Shown: positions 11,102-21,900 of the stretch, piece by piece
Position numbering within the stretch: position 1 is the first letter of the stretch
How the letters are laid out: every line of letters begins with the position of its first letter
Position numbers and translations under genes: made by a program
NCBI GenBank assembly: GCA_013115145.1
Contig: JAAPAO010000310.1
Span: forward strand, 1-40,691
Direction: 5' to 3'
Origin: Perkinsus chesapeaki ATCC PRA-425
Lineage: Eukaryota > Protista > Perkinsozoa
DNA length: 40,691 nt
The notes under the pieces: model-generated
The model's input: the letters and a program-made list of their open reading frames with translations, nothing else
The model's database searches: none
What the model was told of the DNA's origin: nothing

Positions 11102-11437
11102 TAATCCGTCACTGCGCCACAAAATTCCTGTGTTTCTTATTGTTATAACTTACTGTGTGTATAAGAGTTGATAATAGAACAGTGTTGTGTTGAGTCAAAT
11201 AGATCACTCGATCGATTTTGAGAATCTTGTAGATTTATTTTTTTACAAATTTTCATTTTAACCCGAAAAGTGTTGTCTGTCCCAATGACACAATTATTGT
11301 CCCTTCATATGTTTGACTTTATTGTTTCGTATCGCAATATCGGTAACCAGTTGAGTGACTACAGCAATCGAATGAGATTTCTAACCTTTATATTTTGCTA
11401 AGATCCTTAAGTAAGAAAGTCTTACTTTTTGTAAATA

Positions 11438-12883
11438 ATGAAGTTGTTATCTGTCAAAAAAATCGGTGATCCTAATAACCTGTATTTATTTTTGATGTAT
11501 CTTTGGGAATTATAACACCTTCTGAAAGATATGAAACGGTTGATCGATTTGTCGTTTCCCGTGTTAGTAGTATTTCTCAAATATGTTTCAACGTTCGCAA
11601 CCACTTTTCCGTGCGAGAAGAATAAATAAATTAGTTTCTAACATTTACAGGCGGAAGTGGACGAGAGTTTCGCGGTATTTCACAAACAGGGACAGAACAG
11701 CTATTGAACAGAAGAAGATGTGGGCGGTAAGATTCGAGGGAAGAGCGGTATGAAATCCTACAGGATTTAGATGAAAGAGGGGTATGAAATCCTATAGCAT
11801 TTAAGTATCTTCCGGCTTCCGTAGCTCAAATCTGACAGACTTGTTCGCCGAATCGCTATAAGAAATACAGTCTTCAATACTGACTTACGATCGATGGAAT
11901 ACCTGTCGGCGTCCTTCACTGCGCCCTATGGGGTTCTCCAACGAGTTCTCATTAAAAATACAAGTTTTGGTGATGGAAAATGTAAAAAATTACGGAAATT
12001 TCCTAGAAATTTTCTGTAAAAATTAAATGTCTCTTTGCCATCTTTCTCATCAACGTGGATATCGGAAATTATCTGGTGATGATTTTGTTGAAAAATCGTA
12101 GAAATTTCGGAGATGTTTTTGTCTTACTCTTTCCAATAAATTTTGCGACTGGTAATTTGTCCTTATGGGCCGGTCTCATTTTCTCCGTTAACCGAGGGAA
12201 CGGAATCTGTCAGATTCTCATACGGCAACCTTTCGTGTGCACGAGATTTCTCCGGCCGTCTCACTTAACGCCTTATGGCTACTCGAGACTACCTCGCTCG
12301 GAAATAGACGAGAAAAAATACGAGGAGAAATTCTGTGACATGAGCCGGTAAGGACATGCCGCATGCGAGGATCGAACCTGCGACCTTAGGCTCCACAGGC
12401 AAGATGAAGAACGGTTTGGACTGTCTCCGACGATTATGCGGGCGTTGGCGGCGAGCGGGTTGAGGCAGCCGCCGCTGAGGTCACATTGACATGTTTGATT
12501 GAGTTTCAGCGGTTTCAGAGAGAGTCGTGCGAAAACAGTTTTTAAATTAGTATTTTTGGGCTCAATTCGTTGGGATGGTTTTGTTTCAGGTAATAGAAAA
12601 GCTCCAAAGGGGAGGAATGTGGCTTAATGGAGGAAGATTCACGCGCCCAGATATTAATGTTATCAGTTTCATGACAGATATAAATACTTAGTGATGAAAC
12701 GGTTGATCGATTTGTCCTTCGGGTTCTGACTTTGTTCATTCCACTCGACGCTCGGGTTAGCTTGGCCTTTGCCGACCGTGTCTAGATGGCAGTGTCAAAT
12801 TCAATCCTGTCAACACAATCATTTTCGAAAGCAAACGGCAACGAAATCGGAATCTCGTCGGTAGACTTTTGGTAACATGGCGA
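11438..12883 (+). CDS. Multi-exon hypothetical gene, model incomplete
   Basis: Phase-compatible pieces: ...VFLKYVSTFATTFP|RKWTRVSRYFTNRDRTAIEQKKMWA|LKSDRLVRRIAIRNTVFNTDLRSMEYLSASF..., ...EIDEKKYEEKFCDMSR|QDEERFGLSPTIMRALAASGLRQPPL|SGFRESRAKTVFKLVFLGSIRWDGFVS (junctions 12347/12399, 12479/12510). No recognised domain; start, middle exons and stop uncertain. Confidence 0.4.
12357..12398 (-). pseudogene. tRNA 3' half (positions 32-73) filling most of a 51-nt intron
   Basis: Minus strand CTGTGGA-GCCTA-AGGTC-GCAGG-TTCGATC-CTCGC-ATGCGGC-A: 42 nt with exact canonical spacing from anticodon loop to discriminator; T stem has one mismatch and one wobble. Confidence 0.7.
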
Positions 12884-12967
12884 TCGCAGACTTGGTAGGG
12901 CACCAAATCGCACTAGATACTCTCTCCATAGGGGAACGTGTTCCACGTGTTTGAAATTAGACCCTCA

Positions 12968-15900
12968 ATGCCATCCTCGTCATCACCTTCGCCGGTTTCC
13001 AGCCCCGATGAGGAGATGCGAGCATCATCATCATCCACTGAGGCGTCAAGTCCATCGGGATTCTACGTCTCAACGTTACAGCCGGCAACTGCTGTGGTTT
13101 CTGCGAGGTCAATTCTGGATGGGAAGTATCTAGTCGTTGCTAGAATCACAGAGAGGGTAAGGAAAAATAGTTTTATCTTTCGGAAGGGGGTGCTCATCAC
13201 AGCTGAAATTTAAATACATTATTATTATTGATATCGGTTGTCAAGAAATCGTTTTGGAAAAATCACATTTTCTTAATTTCTTGAGTTAATCGCTTTGTTT
13301 GCTTTGTAGCTCAGTAGTCGGTGGATTACCAATGGTGATGGTCTTAAAAGAGCCCCTCCACAGTAGACCGCAAATACGTAATGTATCCGGAGTTGAGATT
13401 TGTAGAACACCGGGGTTGCTCCTTGCAATACATCCCCGGAGCAACGATCGCGATCGTAGGATAGATACGCTGGTCCCGGTGCCTGCGATCTAGTAAATGG
13501 AAGAAATCGAAATCCGCGCTGGTTTTCACATATGCCTTTACGTGGGAGCACCGAGCTGTTAATCTCGGTGGTAAGCTAGCAGTGCTGCTGCACTGCCAGG
13601 CCGATTGGCAAGCAGCTCAGCCCTGGTACTAATCGATATGCTTCTACCCTGGCCGAAAGTATATCGCTCGTGCTTGAGTTGCAAAGATTTCATGTGGTGC
13701 TATTACACGTGCATGCGCTTACACGATCTTCAAACTCTGTCATGTTCAGATACAGATTTTCGGACCTTTTATTGGTGACACAATACTCGACGGTGAGGAG
13801 GAGGAGGAAGAGGTAGGTTATTGTAAGATTCCATCTCGGCCAATCGGTTGAGTTCATCAGACCCGTCGTGTGATGAGGGACGGACCCCTTCTGGAGTTTC
13901 CTGTGATGGCGAGAATCGTTTCGATGGAAGTTGTGCAGGAGTAAGTTTTTTTGTAAAGATTCTTCCGCGAAATATTTTTAGCAATTTGATTTTCTTCACG
14001 ACCGCCAAGAGGCAATTTGGACTTTGGCGGTTCACTGCGGAACCGACAAACCTCGAGGTCATCGGATCTGGGAAGCTGAGCAACTTATATGTAAGCGAAT
14101 CGCTCAATCGATCACGTGATCGATTTTCTCATTTAGCCATATCCAGCGACTGACAGTTCTCTCCGAGCATGTCACATTGTCGCCTACAATGACAAGACTG
14201 GACTCATTGCGGTGAGTATGTTTATCCGACGGAATATTTCACAGTAAATTCACAACTGGGAACAAACGATCGATACAATCCACTGTGTCACGAGTACTTG
14301 CTTGCATTTAATTTTTGTATTTGCATTCCTACTCTTACCATCCGGGCCTGTGGGGCGGGAATGGTTACGGTGAACTTCAGAATCGGTTGGAATGTTTCAA
14401 TCCCTTCTAAATTGCAGTCTCTATGGTAGCAGCTGACCTGAGATATTGTGAGCTCGACTCGAAGGCGCTTGTTCTCTATCTCGGGGAGCAAAAGCTGGAT
14501 GGTTCCAAATGGGAAATTTACATTAATGCGAAGAAGCTGGGAAATGTTGGTCGTGAAATAATATTATAATTCATCGTACTATGCTTTCGCTGTATGAGTA
14601 TGCGTTATAACTTCACATCGTATAGGTACATCTCTTCCGTGGCCAATTGTTTGTTCTCGATCTCAATAGTACTGAGAACTCGGCACCATTAGCAGGTCAA
14701 GCTCTCAGGATGGATACCGTCCCAGAGGTGCGTTGTCTGTGGAGTATTCCGATACCTGCGACCAGGGGCCATAGATGTTTCGTCAGCTGATCCTACGGGG
14801 TGTAAAGATCACGATGATCATGACTGTGATGAGATTTTCGCTCGCCCAGCTAAAATTTCTTCATCGTTTGTCATTTTCCTCATTTACTCTGTTGTTGTAT
14901 TGGGATTGAACATCGTATGCAGATTGTAATGAACCTCATCATTGGAGTCAGAATCGTGAAGTTTGGGGATCATTCTTATACAAGTCGCGAGAAGCGAATT
15001 TTTCGGTTGCTATTTTATTCGCCTTCTCAGGCAATTGACATGTGTTTTCTACCAACTGAAGGGGACGACAGGAGAATCACTTTGGCGGTGAGCATTGGGG
15101 TGTTGTCTCGATATGCGGATGCTGCTCCGGGGGGGATGACGAAATTATAAAGGGTGTCTCATAACTACTTTTCATACGCTTTTGAATGATAGTTTCTCGT
15201 CAACCAGAAGTGTTTGAAAATGAAGGTATAAAGGTGTCTCAGAATTATACTGGCGGAGTTTCACACCAGCACTCGCCCTCTGGCCTCCACACGAGCCCTG
15301 TGCGTGAAAATTTTTCGGGAGGTCAAAAACTCGGAAATTTTGACCCAATTTTTACCTAATTTCCGGAAACCCTTTACATACTGAAAAAGAAATCGCAGGC
15401 AAGCCGCTCTGGCTGCTGAGGTTGTGTTGCTCACTGTAGTTTGGAAGAGCCCGCATCTTTTAACGAGTCGGGACCCGAGACTTACTCGGTTCGAAAACCC
15501 TTATCATCAGAAGGGTATCTTATATTTGTGAGAGCGTTGCGGAGAATGCGGTATGAGAACAATGTTCTCCTCGTAACGCCGGTGCAGAGGCGAATTGAGT
15601 GCTGATTTTTGTTATACTAAGCTTCACTTGGAGCAGTGTGTGTGCTGGGAGATAGTCAGAATATATTAATAAGAATAATAATGGTAGCGTTCGGACAACA
15701 CTAACAGTCCTTATCAGAATACGGAGCTGTGAAGGCGTAATGGAACTGTTCCTGTATGATCTTGTAGCGACCAATTATCACAACAACGCAACACACACAG
15801 CTAAATTAAAGATTCACCGCAATCACGCTACTTGCAGGCTGATTATAATTGTACTAGCTTCAAGCTAAGATACCATCATGAAAGGGGACGAGGGGAAGTC

Positions 15901-18900
15901 ATCACGCTCAGACTTTAGCTTGTAGGTTCTGTACAGCAAGGAGCCGCTAGCCTATGAGCTCGAGGTGGCATTCTTCATTCTTGATATGGATAGGAAAACT
16001 CTGGAGACGGTATGCCCACGTTGGTCTATATTTCACATTGTTTTACTAGGCACCTCTTGACACCCATCCTCGGATCGATGTGACTAACCGAGGCACCCAA
16101 AGGATACTTCCGTTGTCTTATAACGAGCTCATTGCGATCGGTATGTCTGCCATGGTTTCACAGTTTTGATTACTCATCGTGGGTTCTGTGGGCGGTTGGC
16201 TAAGTTAGACTGACACCGATCAACTTCAAGGAGCGTGACCAACCCGATTGTCTCTGAGAGTTATGTGATTTTATGTGACAAAACATCGCACTCATCAATT
16301 GAATATCTTAGGTTGATGCTTGAAACTTGCATTTCATATATCATCCATCTTGTACTGGGCTATACATGACCTAATCGATCGCTACAGCTTTTCATTCCGG
16401 CTAGATCGAGCGCATTTACTCTTTCAGGCCCCAGAACTGTTACTCGGTACATGGTAAATCAACCCATGGATGAAACTGATAGTCCGATTGTCGGCGAGAT
16501 AACGACCAAGAATCTGGGAAAGGTAGGCTTGGTTTCCGTAACAAGTGGGGCAAGCCGGAGAAGTTGGTATTCACCTTTTTCGGTTGGAGCTCAGCCCTTC
16601 CTGGGGATCCAGTTATAATGGTGTATACCAGGCTTCAGTCTACTATTTATGCAATGAGCTTTCTGGTCATTTTAAGTGAGTTCGACTACCAAACTCAAGC
16701 CAGTGATGTGTCTCTTACTGGCAGCGGATCGAAAATGGCAATAAGATAGAAAATTGTGGTTCCGAGAATCTTGCGTCAAACTCCTCCGACTCAGTGCCAG
16801 TCACTGAGACGTCGTAATGAAATGCCCCGCCCTTCTTTGCGTAGGTGACAGTTGGATTATCGAAGGGAGATGACAAATGGTTCGTGGTCGACGAAGAGGG
16901 ATGGCTGCACGTCATTAAAGGGTGAGATAGTATCAGTCGAGGGAAGTTTTCGGAAGAATAATTTTTGTTATTTCCTGACTTCCTCCATATCTCCCTAGAT
17001 TGCCTGTATAGAGGAGATAAGTAAATGCTCTGCAGTTTATGGGTATTAGTCATACTCTTATAATACAAACTTTACATTATAAAGTATGGGCTACCGTCAC
17101 GCGCCACGAAACTATGTGGTGGTCCGGATCCTTGTTAGTATTGATAGCGTATTGGCCCTCAGTAAGTTTCATTTCAACACACGCAGGATTGAGTGTTCGG
17201 CCCTCGCCCGAAAATGGAAGGGGACTATTCGAAGACATTTTAGAAAAATGTCGTGACTGAAATGAGGTCTTACACGAGCCCTACATCAACGCTTATCTTT
17301 CGTCACGCGCCACAAAATTAGGGGCCGTTTAGGGCAGTTCTTATTACTGATATCTTCTTGACCTTCATCGAGTTTCATTCCGAAACACAAAAGTATTGAG
17401 TGATTTCTGAGCGATTAAAGTCACTTACGAAGTCTTGGAACATCCTTTACGGCTTTTATTAGAATAATGTGCGGTGTACAGTGTTATCACCAGCGATGGT
17501 TATTACCCAATTTGGTGTTAATATTAGTAATTGCATTTATACTGTCGAGCACTCCTCCGGCCAGGTTGATGATAGCAAGTATAGGGGTATCGCTGTGGTA
17601 GCGGGTTCAGTCAGTTGTCATAATCTCCTGAGCTTTGGTAAAATTGCCAAATTGTTACCATAAGGTCGAATATTAGGGTTCTCAATTCCTCAACTTTTGG
17701 GAAATGTTTTCAGAAAATGATTCCTCCCTTTCCCAGGTTTCCCCAGAGTGGCTGCATTCGATCTTCCCTGTCAGTCTAGGAGTATATTTTCCGTCAAAAT
17801 CTCCGCTTTAGTGCGGCTTCCTTATCCCCGACTAACATATTTCTGTGTTATATCACTTCCTGTTTTACCTGTAAATTTCAGAGGCTCCTCGGCACCCAAA
17901 GATGACGTAGCTCCCCATTTTTACACAGCTGAGGGGAACGGTGGCCAAAGTGCATCTGGCAAGCGCCGACGGGGATCATCGACCCGAAAGCAAACCCGAG
18001 GGAAGTCAACCAGAACTGTGGAGGCGGAAAATAGGAACCGTTGCGGCCTGGACTTCGACGTGAGTCAACATTAGTAGTTATTTCCGATCCCTGTGTGCCA
18101 GACGCTCGGGCCGGTTTCGAGTGGGGCGAGCTCGGCGCTGGCGGTTCTTTTGGATGGAAGACTTATTTTCGTGGCGAGTGACTGTGGGGATGCGCACCGA
18201 CTTTGCACGGTTTCGGTGGGTTGAAATGTGGATGTGTTGGTCGATTGGTGTTTTCTGTCAGTCGGAGGCGTACACTGATACGGAATCATTTGTGAAAACA
18301 ATGTAAGCTACTTCTACTCGCTGGCATCTTCACATTGGAGATAAATGCGCGGAAGAGAGGGCGTCGACGTTTGTTTTGGAAATGGCATCGAAAACCCGAA
18401 AACCCGATTTAAACCCGAAAACCAAAATCTTCAGAAACCCGAAAACCGATTATTGAGAATGATTGTTTTCAGCTACGCGGAGCTCTCGCTTTCACCGATA
18501 ATAGACTTCCAGTTGCGCAGCGGAAACCAAGATGAGCTGATCATGGTCACTGGCCGGGACGAGTCATCATATGTAAGCTCGGGGAAGTGGCGGCGGGGGC
18601 GGGGGGGAATATACGGTAGACAGTTGCCTTACGGTCCTCTTACGTTTAACAGACATGCTGAAGGGAGATAATCAGAACAAGATTCAGATAGCGCGACATG
18701 AATCGTTTTTGGAACAACAAATTCGCATATGTGGCCCTCAATCAGTGAAGAGCCAGAAAATCTTGATCTGATCTCCGCCGGAGCAGAGAGTTTGAAAAGT
18801 TTGTGTTCGAAGTCATCGACTAGTTCTACTTCTTTGAGAAAGACCCTCTGGCAGTGCGGCTCCTGAAGTTCGTGGGTATTACTATTGAGCTCATTGCTCA

Positions 18901-21900
18901 AAGCGCCTGTGTGGTATATAGTACGTCATGCATAACGCAGATGTAGGAAGTCTTCACGGGGCGTTGATAGTGCATCGATATCCGTAGCAGACTCAGCACC
19001 CTGGAGAATGGCTCTTATTGAAGGCTTCCTTTGCCTTGACGCCCAGTCGACCATTGTTGTTTTCAGATTCGTTCCATGAGACTTGGCTTGTCACTGAGAG
19101 AGCTAGCTCGAGTGCGATGTGATGCCCCTGCGGATGTATGGAGCATTAGTACTCCTGGAAGTCGGCCACTACTGGTAAGGATGTTCCAGAACATACATCC
19201 TGTACTCTATACTCTATTATAGAGTCTCTATACTCTAGTATACTCTATACTCTATACTCTAGTATACTCTAGTATACTCTAGTATACTCTAATATACTCT
19301 AGTATACTCTAGTATACTCTATACTCTAGTATACTCTAGTATACTCTAGTATACTCTAATATACTCTAGTATACTCTAGTATACTAGTATNNNNNNNNNN
19401 NNNNNNNNNNNNNNNNNNNNNNNNNNNNNNNNNNNNNNNNNNNNNNNNNNNNNNNNNNNNNNNNNNNNNNNNNNNNNNNNNNNNNCTAGTATACTCTAGT
19501 ATACTCTAGTATACTCTATACTCTAGTATACTCTAGTATACTCTATACTCTAGTATACTCTAGTATANNNNNNNNNNNNNNNNNNNNNNNNNNNNNNNNN
19601 NNNNNNNNNNNNNNNNNNNNNNNNNNNNNNNNNNNNNNNNNNNNNNNNNNNNNNNNNNNNNNNNACTTATACTCTAGTATACTCTATACTCTAGTATACT
19701 CTAGTATACTCTATACTCTAGTATACTCTAGTATACTCTAGTATACTCTAGTATACTCTATACTCTAGTATACTCTATACTCTAGTATACTCTAGTATAC
19801 TCTAGTATACTCTATACTCTAGTATAATCTAGTATACTCTAGTATACTCTATACTCTAGTATACTCTAGTATACTCTATACTCTAGTATACTCTAGTATA
19901 CTCTATACTCCCCACTGTATTCACAAATGGATGCGGTTGGCAATGGATATTCAGGGATATTCCTATATTATCCATTGTCAATCCATTGTCAAGTCCTATA
20001 ATAGGACCTTTTGGAAATGAGCTCAACACCAGTACTTGTTAAATTATGTACATGCGGAAGTGTCTGTTATTATCCTAAGGTTGTTCATACTGCGCAAAAG
20101 CACTGTGGGTTTGGCAGGTACAGTCATTCGCCACGACCACAGTGGTGTATGGCTTCCTCACCATTGAGGACGATAATCGAACCGAGCTGAGTTAATCTCC
20201 CGGAACTCTGCAGCGTACGAACTCTATCTTCGCTTTTAGTTCCGATTGACTTCACCGGCAAGTTCGTCTCGGCACCGTCGCTTTGGTGCGGCTGCGTTGG
20301 TGGACTAGCAGTCCAAGTTACGGAGCGAACGGTGAGCTGTGCTTCTGTCGTGTGTTGTCCGACTAACATGTGCTCTTTCGGCTCGAGTCTTTGGTCTAGC
20401 GTTCATTACCACCACGTCTCCCTCCTAGCACTGGTACGTCACCCGCCAGGCCGACAATACCTCGTTAAATCTATACGGGCCACGTAGTGATCCGCAGCTG
20501 GAGTGGCGTACGTTTGTATCGTTTACAAGCTGTTGACATTCGAAGCCCAGCTGCTTCATCACCGATAAAACTCTAATCCGTTCCGGAACAGGATCGTCCT
20601 CGGCAACAGTTTTACGGTGGGACCTCCATCTTGAGTTATATTGCGAGATATATCCATGATAAATTATATTATTTAACTTTTATTATACATTTATATATAT
20701 AGAACAGCGAGGCATTGGTTGCTATTCGGTTGTCCCGAACCTCACAGAGACCAGGCTATGATTATATATTATATATATTATTTAAAATATTCGAACTTTC
20801 AAGTGAATGCTTGGTTGTTATCTATATCAGATAAGATTCATCGATGCCAAGTCGACTCCCCCAGTGCTGGTCTCCTCTGTGGATGTAGAGAACGCTGAAG
20901 CCTTCGTGACGGCCGATGGAGATAAAGATATTTTGTTCACTGTTAGCAGGAAAGGTGCCGATCGGTCGTCGAGTACACGCATCATGCCTTTTTCAGGGAA
21001 AGTGTTCTCGCATGAAGTGAACACGAAAACTCGCGCCATTCGATCTGAGGAAGTTCAACTGGACAGGTAAGGTTTCTACGGTCGAGCTCTGGTTACCTCA
21101 GTTCACCTATCAGGCCTGCGCTCGGTGCTTCGTGCATGTCGTATAAGACAAATTCGGGCGTTTTGGCGATTGGCTTGTGGCCATCAATTGGGAAGATAAA
21201 CTCCAAGCGGACGATTGTTGTAAAGCAAATGAAGGGTGGCGCGGAGAGAGAACTGAATGTAGGTTCTTCTGCTACTCTTGTCAGCTTTAGTTAACGTCGG
21301 ATGAATGAAGGACCGCCTGATTTTTGGAGGAGGCTCTTGAACGATGGTGGCGCTGAATAATTGTATTCTTACCGTTTCCTTCTTTGTGAATATGGGATTG
21401 AAGATATCCTATATTCCGACTTGCAGGTTGGATTCAAGGATGACTCTTCATTTTTGAATTTATAATCGGGCAAGCCACTGCCGATGCAATTGTTGTTCCT
21501 TCTATCAGGTCCCTTCCGATTCTTCAAAGTCAGGGACTTTGGTGCCAAGGTCGGTTATCCACTTTGTTGGAGTTATGATATCCTCTCTTATCAGATCGGT
21601 TGTAGTGTGCTCAGCTGGGGAACTGGGCCTCTCCGGCGCGCCGGAATCTGTGCTGATTCTGTGCGGCTTTGATGATGGTCGACTTTTTATTTTCTCACTC
21701 GACGACACCGGCTCTGCTCAGGTGAATTCGGTCGGATTTTGCTAATCGTCATTGAGGCATTTCAGGAGATAAATCTCGGAGGCGTGCGGCCAGTGATGCT
21801 TTCGAGGCTCGCAAGTGTTAACGGAGTGCTCGCTCGAGGTAGGCCACTCCCCCCTGCGGCGGTTGTATCTCATTGGCAGGCACCAATCTTCATTTCGTAA

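Noticed and set aside
11813-11845. GCTTCCGTAGCTCAA as a tRNA 5' end
   Set aside because: No D-loop GG, anticodon arm or T-arm follows; it is explained as a splice acceptor (ccgtag) plus exon.
12270-12290. Spliced-leader gene or relic (atggctac is the reverse complement of GTAGCCAT)
   Set aside because: Only 8 nt match the Perkinsus/dinoflagellate leader and the site is within a putative exon.
13273-13551. Minus-strand spliced gene inside DDB1 intron 1
   Set aside because: A frame can be built, but there is no homology or independent support.
9278-14125. Palindrome series as a CRISPR array or integron-like cassette array
   Set aside because: Spacing is irregular (100-2900 nt), the intervals are exons of conserved eukaryotic genes, and there are no cas or integrase genes.
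20118-20330. Apparent frameshift in DDB1
   Set aside because: Resolved by an intron gtatgg...ctgcag giving VQSFATTTVV-VRTLSSLL in phase.
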